Shown here: in pieces, positions 1-8,895 of the stretch
Position numbering within the stretch: the stretch's first letter is position 1
How the letters are laid out: every line of letters starts with the position of its first letter
NCBI GenBank assembly: GCA_028279755.1
Contig: JANQNB010000011.1
Span: 4,501 to 68,500, forward strand
Source of the DNA: Candidatus Nanoarchaeia archaeon
GTDB lineage: Archaea > Nanobdellota > Nanobdellia > Woesearchaeales > UBA525
DNA length: 64,000 nt
Direction: 5' to 3'
The notes under the pieces: model-generated
Told to the model about the DNA's origin: nothing
Database searches by the model: none
Seen by the model: only the letters and a program-made list of their open reading frames with translations
Translations under genes and position numbers: made by a program

Positions 1-267
1 CTCCTGGACCTCGCGCTTCGCGACGTCGAGCTTCTTCAGAAGGTCCTGCACATTCGAGCCGAGTTCGTCGTCTTTGGCGGATTTTGGCTTCTTCTCGGGC
101 TTCTCTTCATCCTCTTTCTTCTCCTCAACCTCCAAATCTTTAGAGTCTTCTTTCGTTTCAGCCGACTCTTCTTTCGGAGTTTCAGGAATAGATTCCTCTT
201 TTGGAGTCTCTTCGGACGTCGCTATCGCAAGCGACTCTTCGGCATCAAGCTCAACTTTCTCAGTCAT
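1..267 (-). CDS. Hypothetical acidic protein, N-terminal part; gene continues beyond the window start
   Basis: Minus-strand ATG at 265-267 gives MTEKVELDAEESLAIATSEETPKEE..., in frame to position 1. It is absent from the ORF track because it is truncated by the window edge. High-GC3 codon usage. Confidence 0.4.
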   Translation of the reverse strand, partial: MTEKVELDAEESLAIATSEETPKEESIPETPKEESAETKEDSKDLEVEEKKEDEEKPEKKPKSAKDDELGSNVQDLLKKLDVAKREVQE

Positions 268-318
268 GGGACAGTACCTAATAGGTTGAAACATGTTTAG
301 GATTCAGAAGGAGCGAAT

Positions 319-633
319 CTATCCGAAGAGCGCGCCGAGTCCGGCAGCAGCCTCTTCAGGCTTCTTCTCTTCCTTCTTTTCCTTCTTCTCGGCAGGCGCG
401 TCGCCACCAGCTGCTTCCGCAGGTGCAGCACCGCCAGCGGCAGGTGCGGCAGCCACAGGCGCGGCGTTGGCAATTGCGTCGTCGATATTCACGTCCGCAA
501 GCGCAGCGACAAGGGCCTTGACACGACCTTCGTCAGCCTTGACTCCTGCAGCCTCGAGGACTTTCTTGATTGAACTTTCAGTGACTTCTTTCCCTGCCTT
601 GTGCAGGACCAGTGCAGCGTAGACATACTCCAT
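319..633 (-). CDS. rpl12: 50S ribosomal stalk protein P1 (L12)
   Basis: 104 aa with an Ala/Gly/Pro-rich hinge, a KKEEKKPEE stretch and the C-terminal GLGALFG stalk motif. Sits downstream of P0. Confidence 0.9.
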   Translation of the reverse strand: MEYVYAALVLHKAGKEVTESSIKKVLEAAGVKADEGRVKALVAALADVNIDDAIANAAPVAAAPAAGGAAPAEAAGGDAPAEKKEKKEEKKPEEAAAGLGALFG

Positions 634-654
634 TGTGTTCGCCTCCTTTGATCA

Positions 655-1659
655 TCAGCCGAACAGCGCGCCGAGTCCGGCAGCGCTGTCTTCGGGTTTT
701 TTCTCTTCTTTCTTCTCCTCTTTCGGTGCAGCCTCGGCAGCTGGTGCTGCTTCAGCAGGAGCTGCTTCTTGCGCTGCCTTGGCTTCTTGGCTCAAGGCCT
801 CATCAGGGAGCAGCCCAGTGAGAGCAAGGCTCATCGCATAGGCCTTGCTGAGGAGTGGTTTGATGGTCTCGCCGTTCACGATGCCACGGTCGAGCGCCAA
901 AGTCGTTGCGTCCATGAACGCTTTCTGGAGCAAGGGCGTGATCGTCTCTTTCGACGCCCAGCCGAGATCCATGGCGAGTCCGAACGCGTCGGTGTGTGCC
1001 TTGACAAGGTCGTTGTAGTACGCTTCCTCGTCGACATCCAATACGTCCTTGCCCAGGATCTCGCCCTTCTCAAGCACTGCCAGGAGGTCGAGGCCGATAC
1101 GCATGGGCTCGATGCCCAAACGACCCAAGAGGCCTGCGAGCTTTGCATCGACAGTGTCGCCAGCGCTCGCGACCTTGCTGTCTTCCTTGACCGCGATCTT
1201 GCCGTCCTCCACCGCGGTCTTGATGCCGACAGCGCCGAGCTCGCCGATGACAGGGCCAGGCGCGAAGCTTGTCGGACCTGCTGGCACGATGATGTCGTCA
1301 GGCGCTGTTTGGCCGCCTTTGATCGGCGCTTTCGATTGGCTTTTCTTGAGGAGCTTGAAGAGCGCAAAGGGATTCTCCTTGGTGAAGATCATGGCCGGCA
1401 TGCCCTGGATGTGCTCCTGGAGCTTGTCCAGGCCGTCCTTCTTTGCTTGTTCAAAGGCCTTGTAGATCAGGCGCCGCTTGGTCATGCGGAGCACGATGCC
1501 TTTCTCGCGCAGCTTGGCGCGCATGTCCTGCAACTGCTTTGCCGGCAGGTTTGCCATGTTCACGACACCGATGATCGGGTATTCCTCGATCAAGCCGACA
1601 AACTCTTTTACCGTAGCTTGCTTCTCTTGGCTCGGTTCGGCTGCTTTCGTCGGTGTCAT
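655..1659 (-). CDS. rplP0: 50S ribosomal protein P0 (uL10)
   Basis: 334 aa with a uL10 N-terminal domain and the same acidic C-terminal tail ending GLGALFG. Conserved L1-P0-P1 order. Confidence 0.92.
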   Translation of the reverse strand: MTPTKAAEPSQEKQATVKEFVGLIEEYPIIGVVNMANLPAKQLQDMRAKLREKGIVLRMTKRRLIYKAFEQAKKDGLDKLQEHIQGMPAMIFTKENPFALFKLLKKSQSKAPIKGGQTAPDDIIVPAGPTSFAPGPVIGELGAVGIKTAVEDGKIAVKEDSKVASAGDTVDAKLAGLLGRLGIEPMRIGLDLLAVLEKGEILGKDVLDVDEEAYYNDLVKAHTDAFGLAMDLGWASKETITPLLQKAFMDATTLALDRGIVNGETIKPLLSKAYAMSLALTGLLPDEALSQEAKAAQEAAPAEAAPAAEAAPKEEKKEEKKPEDSAAGLGALFG

Positions 1660-2303
1660 TGGATCTTCACTGGCTTGCTCATGGTGAGCTTGACAAAGAC
1701 GTGCTTCACATTGTTCTTCTCGCGCGGCAGGTGATGCACGACCTGGTCGTAGAGCGTCTTGATATTATCGATCACATCAGCCATGTCCATGCTTTCGTTT
1801 CCAGCGAGCACCTGGATGTTCGGGCTCTTCTTCGCGCTGATCTTGACCGTCTTCTGGAGCTTTTCGTAGAGTGGTCCGAGTGGCGCTTTCGGCGGCACGA
1901 TGCAGCCAGCTTTCGGGTTCGGCATTTTTCCTCTTGGTCCGAGGACCTTACCAAAGCTTGCCGCGATCTTTGGCATGATGTTTGCTTGGCCGACAAAGAA
2001 CTCGTGCTCGCTCGCGATCTTCTTCATCGCTTTCATGTCGAGCTTTGCGAATTGATCGGAGGTGACGACAGTGTCGAAGACTTTCTTGGCATCGTCTGCC
2101 ATTTCCGGACCGACGAGCGCGCACATTTTGCGCTTCTTGCCGAGCGTCTTGTGCACCTGGGTGAAGAACTCTACTTGCTCTTCTGGCTTCTTGAGATTGA
2201 GCTCTTTCAACGCGACGATAAGGTCGAATGATTGCTTGAACTTGCGCTGAGAAGCTTTCTGCAGCCCTTCGAGGGCCTCCTTGAGTTGCTTATCGTCCAT
2301 CAT
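1656..2303 (-). CDS. rpl1: 50S ribosomal protein L1 (uL1)
   Basis: 215 aa matching the uL1 family (FDLIVALK..., GPRGKMPNPK...). Overlaps P0 by 4 bp as in an operon. Confidence 0.92.
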   Translation of the reverse strand: MMDDKQLKEALEGLQKASQRKFKQSFDLIVALKELNLKKPEEQVEFFTQVHKTLGKKRKMCALVGPEMADDAKKVFDTVVTSDQFAKLDMKAMKKIASEHEFFVGQANIMPKIAASFGKVLGPRGKMPNPKAGCIVPPKAPLGPLYEKLQKTVKISAKKSPNIQVLAGNESMDMADVIDNIKTLYDQVVHHLPREKNNVKHVFVKLTMSKPVKIQ

Positions 2304-2350
2304 TGTGAACTCCTACCGAGGTAGTTGTAGCCGCTGAGAACTGTAGGGGG

Positions 2351-2358
2351 TTTATAAA
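2351..2358. promoter_or_regulatory. Palindromic TATA box (TTTATAAA) between rpl1 and the downstream + gene
   Basis: AT-rich octamer in GC-rich DNA. Lies ~47 bp upstream of the rpl1 ATG on the minus strand and ~48 bp upstream of ATG 2407 on the plus strand. Confidence 0.5.
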
Positions 2359-2406
2359 GCTTGCTGTTGAACGGTGTTTTTGATACTCGTTAGGTTTATA
2401 TCTGAA

Positions 2407-2961
2407 ATGCCACTCCTAACTGGTAGAAAAGGTGATAGCATGAGTTTTGAAGTCATTCATGAGACTGAAGATTATTACGGAACTGGATTCTCAAAGCGCG
2501 GCCTGAGTGCTGATGATGTTCCTTGTATTGACGCATTAGCAGATGCATTTACGGAAGCCTGGGATCCATTTCAGTCGTATCTGACTGCTTTAGGAGCAGC
2601 AATCAATCAGGAGACCCAAACCCTTGCAAGGAGACTGGGCGTTGGCGCAGCACCTGCACAAGGTGGGGGGAGCTATGTTGTCGAACGAGAGGGAGACATT
2701 TATCGCCTCCGAATGCTTGCTCCAAGGCCTGTTTTTATTGGTGGGAACCACCAGCTGCTGGCTGACTTTGTTGGCTATGTTGGAGTTGAACAAGGATCGT
2801 CTGCAGAATTTTTATGTGGTCTTGAACTGAGTCGAGGTGCTGGTTCTATCTTCGAAGAGCGTTTTGACACCATTGATGCAGGTGCTATGCATGCAGTTGC
2901 AGAGAAGTATCAACCAGCCATTGCTCGAGCGCTTGAGCAAGGTTTAGAAAAATTCAAGTAA
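2407..2961 (+). CDS. Hypothetical protein
   Basis: Long ORF with GC3-rich codons. The start is uncertain: ORF-track ATG 2374 is too close to the TATA, and ATG 2407 or 2440 are more likely. No family recognised. Confidence 0.5.
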   Translation: MPLLTGRKGDSMSFEVIHETEDYYGTGFSKRGLSADDVPCIDALADAFTEAWDPFQSYLTALGAAINQETQTLARRLGVGAAPAQGGGSYVVEREGDIYRLRMLAPRPVFIGGNHQLLADFVGYVGVEQGSSAEFLCGLELSRGAGSIFEERFDTIDAGAMHAVAEKYQPAIARALEQGLEKFK

Positions 2962-2962
2962 A

Positions 2963-3259
2963 CTACTCTTTTTTCTCCTGTTTCTCAGCCTTGTCTTCAC
3001 CCTCCGTCTCGAGCCACTCAGCGATGAACGCGTTCAGGTCGAAGAGCAGGTCGTTGAGCGTCTCTTCCGGCATGCCGTGGCCGAGGCAACCCTGCTCAAG
3101 GGTCTCATAGGCTGAAACGTGGCAGCCCACACAGTGCAAGCCATACTGCATCATGACGAACGCGGCTTTCGGATATTTCTGCACGATCTCGCCGATGAGC
3201 ATGTCCTTGGTGACATACTGCTCAGTGTTCTCCTTCTTGTCAGTCTTTTCTTCTGTCAT
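2963..3259 (-). CDS. DUF1858-like redox-disulfide protein (hybrid-cluster-protein-associated family)
   Basis: LHCVGCHVSAYETLEQGC motif. Start trimmed to the internal Met (MTEEKTDKK) because the longer ORF N-terminus overlaps the tRNA-Ser gene. Confidence 0.6.
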   Translation of the reverse strand: MTEEKTDKKENTEQYVTKDMLIGEIVQKYPKAAFVMMQYGLHCVGCHVSAYETLEQGCLGHGMPEETLNDLLFDLNAFIAEWLETEGEDKAEKQEKKE

Positions 3260-3260
3260 A

Positions 3261-3343
3261 CGCCAGTGCTCGGATTCGAACCGAGGATCCCCGAAGGGAC
3301 GTGGTCTCAAGCCACGCGCAATACCGGGCTATGCGACACTGGC
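3261..3343 (-). tRNA. tRNA-Ser (anticodon TGA)
   Basis: Minus-strand cloverleaf: acceptor GCCAGTG/CACTGGC, anticodon stem CGTGG/CCACG with loop CTTGAGA, long variable arm TCCCTTCGGGGATC, T-arm CTCGG-TTCGAAT-CCGAG, discriminator G. No encoded CCA. A TATA-like GGTTTATAAG lies ~30 bp upstream. Confidence 0.85.
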
Positions 3344-3387
3344 AAAAATGCTTGGTTTGGATAAGAAAAAATACTGGTTTATAAGTT

Positions 3388-3927
3388 CTATGACCCAATC
3401 CAGTAGGTGGCGCTTCGTGGAGCCACGCTGTAGCGGTTCATGTTGAGATAGCTTTTCACTAAATCCACGACATCCCAGCAGTCGCGAACAGCGAGATCTT
3501 CCGCAAGGTGCACCTGGCTGCGCTTGATGAATTTATCCGTCAACGTCCTGAGGAAATAAAAGAACACGCGGTGTTCCCAACGGTGCTCGAAATCGGTATA
3601 GAGGTTCGCGTCGAACCAAAACTCTGCGCGGCCATGCCATAGTTTCCGCTTGACGCCGTCGATTTCAACAATGCGTTCCTTCAAATTCTTGAAGAAAGCG
3701 TACACCCTAATCTCGACCTTCAGGTAATAGTTCGGCTTCTTGTACGGGATGAGCTCGACCGTGATCTGCCGCCCGGTTTCGTATACTTCCTCAAAATTCT
3801 TGGCTTCGCACCGGTCATAGCCGCGCTCGCGGAAATAATCATCGAGCGCATACCACAAGCCGTGGAGGTCGAAGAGCCCTTCGTACTGGACCTGCTTGCC
3901 GTCGACAAGGAACTTGACTTCACTCAT
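3388..3927 (-). CDS. Hypothetical Trp/Arg-rich protein, paralog A of a tandem pair
   Basis: 179 aa. Shares blocks with the adjacent 3932..4498 product, e.g. KVEIRVYAF vs KIKVEMWHC, and VDLVKSYLN vs ATVIKECLN. Confidence 0.55.
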   Translation of the reverse strand: MSEVKFLVDGKQVQYEGLFDLHGLWYALDDYFRERGYDRCEAKNFEEVYETGRQITVELIPYKKPNYYLKVEIRVYAFFKNLKERIVEIDGVKRKLWHGRAEFWFDANLYTDFEHRWEHRVFFYFLRTLTDKFIKRSQVHLAEDLAVRDCWDVVDLVKSYLNMNRYSVAPRSATYWIGS

Positions 3928-3931
3928 TGCG

Positions 3932-4498
3932 TCACCACGGTGCCTGATGCTTGGTCGTCATATTCAAGCACTCCTTTATCACTGTTGCGATGTCTTGCGC
4001 CCTATACTGGTAGACATCAACCACTTCCATCTCTGCCTCACGCCATTTCACTTCCATGAAGAGCTTGCCCAGCCACTTCCGGAACTTGCCGCCTTTTCCC
4101 CCTCGGGTGAAATATCCTGCCCTGTCTGCGATAGCGTAATCCCAGATCGTGAATTGCGCCATCGCATTGATGATCTTTCGTGGCTCGCCGTTGACCATGA
4201 CTTCCTGGCTGGAGCAATGCCACATCTCGACCTTGATCTTATAACCCTCGCTCCAGAACTCGTCGACATCGCGCTGGGCGTACCAATCAGCCTTGATGCG
4301 CTTGCCTGTATCCTTGATCCTGTTCTCGTACCAGCGAAAGCGCCGTTGCTCGAACCAGCGTTGCAAGGTGCGATAGAGATAGGTGAAATCGAACGGGCCT
4401 TTGAATCGTACGACGATCTTGGCCTGCCCTGAATACTGGTCGCCCGGTAGGCCGCTTGATCGCTCGCCCGGCTGCATCGGGCTGATGCCGATTCCCAT
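3932..4498 (-). CDS. Hypothetical Trp/Arg-rich protein, paralog B of a tandem pair
   Basis: 188 aa, clearly related to 3388..3927. TATA at 4554-4561 lies upstream on the minus strand. Confidence 0.55.
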   Translation of the reverse strand: MGIGISPMQPGERSSGLPGDQYSGQAKIVVRFKGPFDFTYLYRTLQRWFEQRRFRWYENRIKDTGKRIKADWYAQRDVDEFWSEGYKIKVEMWHCSSQEVMVNGEPRKIINAMAQFTIWDYAIADRAGYFTRGGKGGKFRKWLGKLFMEVKWREAEMEVVDVYQYRAQDIATVIKECLNMTTKHQAPW

Positions 4499-4553
4499 CT
4501 ACTGTCCTCTCTATTGCTCTGTCGTTACTGTGGTCTGTTTATCGACCTGAGCG

Positions 4554-4561
4554 TTTATAAA
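4554..4561. promoter_or_regulatory. TATA box (TTTATAAA) for the minus-strand paralog pair
   Basis: AT octamer ~58 bp upstream of the minus-strand start at 4498. Confidence 0.45.
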
Positions 4562-4610
4562 GCTATCGTTTTCTCTCAGCACTGCCGAAAAGGTCTTGGC
4601 GAGCAGAGCA

Positions 4611-4618
4611 TTTATAAA
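4611..4618. promoter_or_regulatory. TATA box (TTTATAAA) for the lipoprotein gene
   Basis: 25 bp upstream of ATG 4643, indicating a leaderless start. Confidence 0.55.
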
Positions 4619-4642
4619 TCGCTGGAGCTCTGACTGCCAGAA

Positions 4643-5569
4643 ATGAGACTGATACTGCTCCTCTTCCTGGTCCTCACAGCCTGCACAGCGCAGGAACACG
4701 TGTTCATAGATCGGGAGAGCGTGATCCCAAGCGACGCTGTCAAGATCACGCCGGAAATGGACAAGCACCCACCAGTCCTGCACAGCGACCAGTTTGAGGA
4801 ACCAGTGCCGCTCGCCCCGCCGATCAACACTGCAGGGGCGGAAGACTCGCCCTTCATCACTGCCGACGGAAGGGAGTTGTATTTCTTCTACACACCAGAT
4901 GTTTCGATTCCTGCCGAAGGACAAGTGGGGGACGGCGTCACCGGCATTTATGTTTCCAAACAGTTGAACGGTGCGTGGCAAACGCCAGAACGGGTCTGGC
5001 TCCAAGATCCCGGCAAACTCTCGCTCGATGGATGCTTTTTTGCCCGCAATACGCAATCATGGTTCTGCACTGCACGCGAAGGCTATACTGGCATCCACTG
5101 GTTCACCGCCCGCATGATCGATGGGGTGTGGCAGGACTGGGAAGAAGTGCATCCTTCCTGGCTCTTGAAGGAAGTGGGCGAGCTGCACATCTGGAATGAT
5201 CAGATCTATTTCCACTCGTCGCGCAGCCCTGGACTTGGAAACTACGACATCTGGATGGCAGAATTGGCTGGCGGCGTGGTGCAAGAGCCAGTCAATATCG
5301 AAGCAGTGAACAGCCAAGAAAGTGATGGCTGGCCGTATCTCACAGAGGACGGGAATGAATTATGGTTCACTCGCACCTATCGTGGCACACCAGGAATCTT
5401 CAGATCAGTGAAAGACGACGATGAATGGCAAGCGCCAGAGCTCATTGTGTCGCAGTTCGCCGGCGAACCGACAATGGACCCTGAAGGCAACCTGTACTTT
5501 GTGCACCATTTCTACGACGAGGGCGTCATGCTCGAAGCAGATATCTATGTGGCGTATCGGAAAAACTAG
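4643..5569 (+). CDS. Secreted lipobox lipoprotein with TolB-like (PD40) beta-propeller repeats
   Basis: N-terminal MRLILLLFLVLTAC fits a signal peptide plus an L-T-A-C lipobox. Repeated DGxELYF / DGNELWFTR / DQIYFHSSR / EGNLYFVHH blocks are typical of PD40/TolB propeller blades. Confidence 0.65.
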   Translation: MRLILLLFLVLTACTAQEHVFIDRESVIPSDAVKITPEMDKHPPVLHSDQFEEPVPLAPPINTAGAEDSPFITADGRELYFFYTPDVSIPAEGQVGDGVTGIYVSKQLNGAWQTPERVWLQDPGKLSLDGCFFARNTQSWFCTAREGYTGIHWFTARMIDGVWQDWEEVHPSWLLKEVGELHIWNDQIYFHSSRSPGLGNYDIWMAELAGGVVQEPVNIEAVNSQESDGWPYLTEDGNELWFTRTYRGTPGIFRSVKDDDEWQAPELIVSQFAGEPTMDPEGNLYFVHHFYDEGVMLEADIYVAYRKN

Positions 5570-6258
5570 AATTTCTCGTGAAGCTCAGTCGGCTGGCCAG
5601 AGTCGTGCAAGGCTTGCTTGAACGCACGGTCCAAGGCAGCAAGCTCTTCGAGTACCTGCTCGCGGAGGGTCGGCGAGCTCCTGCCAATCCATCTCTTTAT
5701 TTCCTCACGCCATTCGCCCAGTTCTTTATGCACCTGTGGCTCATCGCCGAATATTGATGGTGCGTTAGATCCGAATATCTCGTGTGAGACTCCCGTGAAC
5801 GTGCGGACGCCATTTTCGACAGTTGATGCGTATATTCCCACTGTGTCTGACAAATCTCGATATACGAGGCGGAGGTCTTCTGATCCGTTGAACTCACTCA
5901 AACCCAGCTTGATCGCGAGGCTTGCGGTTCTCAGCCCAGCAAGCTGTCGCCGAAATATCATACGTGGTAAATACTTGCGAAAGGGTTCGAACAGTTCACG
6001 CAGCCGTTCAGGTTCTGTGTTTTGGTAATCTATTTGACTGAGTAAGCTCACTGCATCTCCAAACATCGTCCACTGTTTATTCAGCAATTCCCGTATTGTC
6101 TGTGCTACATGCACACCATGCGTGCCTGGCAGATTGGAAAGTGGCAGGTAGTGACGACTGTCAGTGTGCCGGAGCGTGTGAACACGACCGTACTCATCAG
6201 CCCTGCTCCCCAGATACACGCCGCGCGCGATCGGCGCTTCCATAAGACCTGCAACCAT
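5566..6258 (-). CDS. Hypothetical protein
   Basis: GC3-rich ORF. Start placed at Met MVAGLMEAP, ~25 bp from palindromic TATA 6283-6290. A possible HxT motif (RVHTLRH) is noted, but no confident family. Confidence 0.45.
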   Translation of the reverse strand: MVAGLMEAPIARGVYLGSRADEYGRVHTLRHTDSRHYLPLSNLPGTHGVHVAQTIRELLNKQWTMFGDAVSLLSQIDYQNTEPERLRELFEPFRKYLPRMIFRRQLAGLRTASLAIKLGLSEFNGSEDLRLVYRDLSDTVGIYASTVENGVRTFTGVSHEIFGSNAPSIFGDEPQVHKELGEWREEIKRWIGRSSPTLREQVLEELAALDRAFKQALHDSGQPTELHEKF

Positions 6259-6282
6259 GACTACTCGGAAATGAATATACTG

Positions 6283-6290
6283 TATAAAAG
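6283..6290. promoter_or_regulatory. TATA box (TATAAAAG) shared by divergent genes
   Basis: Serves minus start 6258 (25 bp away) and plus proS start 6355 (65 bp away, leadered). Confidence 0.45.
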
Positions 6291-6354
6291 CTTTCCTGCT
6301 TTTCACCTGACGAACGCAGCAAGCTTTTTAAACAATCCACTGCTCTTCCCGTGC

Positions 6355-7806
6355 ATGACAGACAAGTCCAACGAACAGGACACGAAAGGCCTCACCGTCA
6401 CCAAGGCAGGCGACATGCCGGAATGGTACACGCAAGTATGCCTCAAAGCTGAGCTTGCAGACTATGCCCCGATCAAGGGCTGCATGGTGATCCGCCCGCT
6501 CGGCTACGCGCTCTGGCAAGCGATCCAAGACCAGCTCAACGCGTACATCCAAGAAGACGGCGTCACGAATGCCTACTTCCCCCTGTTCATCCCTGAAAGC
6601 TTCTTCTCGAGAGAGGCGGAGCACGCTGAAGGTTTCAAGCCAGAAGTCGCGTGGGTCGACAATAAGGATGACAAGAACGGCGAACGCTTCGCGATCCGGC
6701 CGACCAGCGAGACCATCATGTATGACAGCTACGGCAAGTGGATCAGGAGCTGGCGCGACCTGCCTTTGAAGATCAACCAGTGGTGCAACATCGTCCGCTG
6801 GGAAGTCCAGGACGTCAAGCTCTTCCTCAGAAGCAGGGAGTTCCTCTGGCAGGAAGGCCATTGCGTCTACGAGACAGCAGACGAATGCCACAAGGAAACG
6901 CTGCATTACCTTGAACGCTATCGGCAGATCGCTGAAGAGCTGCTCGCCATCCCAGTCATCATGGGCCTGAAAAGCGAACGCGAAAAATTCGCCGGCGCAA
7001 TCAGGACATACACCATCGAATCACTGATGCCAGACGGCAAGGCACTCCAAATGGGCACGAGCCATGACCTGAGCCAGGGCTTTGCCAAAGCGTTCGACAT
7101 CAGCTTCCAGGACAAGGACGGCAAGAGCAGCATGCCTTGGCAGAACAGCTGGGGCATGAGCACGAGAATGATCGGCGCCATCGTGCTCACGCACGGCGAC
7201 GACAAAGGCCTGGTGCTGCCGCCGAGAGCAGCGCCCAACAAAGTCGCGGTAGTTCCGATCATCTTCGAAAAGCAGAAAACCGAAATCATCAAGGCAGCTG
7301 AAGAAGTCGGCACACTCCTCAAGGAATTCACACCGATCGTGGACACGCGAGACGAGTACACTAGCGGCTGGAAGTTCAACGAGTACGAGCTCAAGGGGAT
7401 TCCGCTCCGCATCGAGGTCGGACCGAAGGACATGGAGAAGAAACAAGCGGTCGTCGTCCGAAGAGACACTGGCACGAAAGAATTCGTACCGCTCACAAAA
7501 CTCAAGCAGCACGTCGCAGAGACGCTCGAGCAGATGCACACAGAACTCTACGACAAAGCGAAACAACGCATCGCAGCAGACACTGTCGAGGTCACGGACT
7601 TTGCCGGGTTCGAGAAAGCCATCGAAGATCGCAAGATGGTGCACACGACCCATTGCGGCGACGACGACTGCGAACTTGTGATCAAGGAAAAGACAGCAGC
7701 GACAACGCGCTGCATCCCGTTCAAGAGCGGTGACGTGAAGGGAAAGAAGTGCGTGCATTGCGACAAAGCGGCACAGCACGCTATCTATTTCGCGCGCGCC
7801 TACTAG
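6355..7806 (+). CDS. proS: Prolyl-tRNA synthetase, archaeal/eukaryal type
   Basis: 484 aa from internal Met MTDKSNEQ. Class II motifs and an archaeal-type C-terminal domain ending ...HAIYFARAY. The ORF-track upstream extension overlaps the neighbouring gene and promoter. Confidence 0.9.
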   Translation: MTDKSNEQDTKGLTVTKAGDMPEWYTQVCLKAELADYAPIKGCMVIRPLGYALWQAIQDQLNAYIQEDGVTNAYFPLFIPESFFSREAEHAEGFKPEVAWVDNKDDKNGERFAIRPTSETIMYDSYGKWIRSWRDLPLKINQWCNIVRWEVQDVKLFLRSREFLWQEGHCVYETADECHKETLHYLERYRQIAEELLAIPVIMGLKSEREKFAGAIRTYTIESLMPDGKALQMGTSHDLSQGFAKAFDISFQDKDGKSSMPWQNSWGMSTRMIGAIVLTHGDDKGLVLPPRAAPNKVAVVPIIFEKQKTEIIKAAEEVGTLLKEFTPIVDTRDEYTSGWKFNEYELKGIPLRIEVGPKDMEKKQAVVVRRDTGTKEFVPLTKLKQHVAETLEQMHTELYDKAKQRIAADTVEVTDFAGFEKAIEDRKMVHTTHCGDDDCELVIKEKTAATTRCIPFKSGDVKGKKCVHCDKAAQHAIYFARAY

Positions 7807-7837
7807 ACTTAAAAACACTTCTCGCTTCCTTTCTTGC

Positions 7838-8866
7838 ATGATCGAGATCGATGGCACGCACGGCGAAGGTGGCGGCGCGATCCTGCGAACAGCGCTCGCA
7901 CTGAGTACGATCACCGGCAAGCCGTTCCGGATCACAAACATCAGGCACGGCCGACCTCAACCAGGACTCAAGCGGGAACATCTCTACTGCATCCGCATTC
8001 TCCAAGAACTCAGCGGCGCGAAAGTCGAAGACGCGCACCTGGAAAGCGAGCAGATTACCTTCATCCCAGGCGAGATCAAGAACAAGAAAGTCCTGTACGA
8101 CCTCGAGACAGCAGCAAGCGCGACGCTCGTGAGCCAGTGTATCATCCTCGCGACGATCTTCTCAGGGAAACGCGTGCACCTCACACTGCAAGGCGGCACT
8201 GACGTCAAATGGAGCATTCCTGCAGACTACCTCGCGAACGTGCTCGCGCCAATGCTCAAGCCAATAGGCGACGTGAAAGTGAACATCAGGAAACGCGGCT
8301 ACTTCCCCAAAGGACAGGGCGTGCTCGAACTCACAGTCAAGGGACACGACCGCCACGAGGGCAGCACACTCCCACGGCTCGAATTCGTCGAGCGCGGCAA
8401 CCTGCTCAAGATCGAAGGCGTGGCGCACGCATCCGCAGAACTCGAAGCAGCAGACGTGGCCAGACGCCTGAAAGAGATGGCTGAACTCTCGTTCAACACG
8501 CTCAACAAGCCGACAATGGTACGCCAGGAATACTCGCAGACACACAGCACCGGCGCAATCCTCACACTCTGGGCACGCTGCGGCAAGACCATCCTGGCCA
8601 GCGACGCACTCGGCGAGAAAGGCGTCCCCGCAGAAAAGCTCGCAGAACGCGCAGCAAAAGAGCTCAAAGACCTGCTCGCGAGCGAAGCGGTCGTCGACCC
8701 ATACCTCGCAGACCAGCTCATCCCCTACCTTGGCATGTGCGGCGGCGCGCTCAAGACCAGCACGATCACCGAACATGTGAAGAGCAACATCTACGTCACA
8801 GAGCAATTCCTCGACGCCACTTTCCTCGTCGACGAGACAGAAGCCATCGTGCAATGCGGAGAGTAA
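7838..8866 (+). CDS. rtcA: RNA 3'-terminal phosphate cyclase
   Basis: 342 aa, MIEIDGTHGEGGGAILRTALALS..., RtcA family with the RHGRPQPGLKREH region. Confidence 0.9.
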   Translation: MIEIDGTHGEGGGAILRTALALSTITGKPFRITNIRHGRPQPGLKREHLYCIRILQELSGAKVEDAHLESEQITFIPGEIKNKKVLYDLETAASATLVSQCIILATIFSGKRVHLTLQGGTDVKWSIPADYLANVLAPMLKPIGDVKVNIRKRGYFPKGQGVLELTVKGHDRHEGSTLPRLEFVERGNLLKIEGVAHASAELEAADVARRLKEMAELSFNTLNKPTMVRQEYSQTHSTGAILTLWARCGKTILASDALGEKGVPAEKLAERAAKELKDLLASEAVVDPYLADQLIPYLGMCGGALKTSTITEHVKSNIYVTEQFLDATFLVDETEAIVQCGE

Positions 8867-8895
8867 TCTTTTAATACAGCAAGCATCTCCAGGGC

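Noticed and set aside
769-1734. 321-aa + ORF antisense to rplP0. Similar long antisense ORFs occur at 4511..5056, 15242..15946, 16655..17635, 20715..22166, 26318..27397, 43400..44389 and 45937..47808.
   Set aside because: High-GC DNA generates long stop-free antisense frames. Each overlaps a gene with clear family signatures. These frames have Arg/Ser/His-rich junk composition and poor GC3 pattern.
2963-3310. Full-length ORF-track version of the DUF1858 gene (TTG start at 3310).
   Set aside because: Its first 17 codons overlap tRNA-Ser (3261..3343). The internal Met at 3259 gives a family-typical length.
6109-6354. Upstream extension of proS (ORF-track start 6109).
   Set aside because: It overlaps the divergent gene and the TATA. 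ProRS homology begins at MTDKSNEQ (6355).
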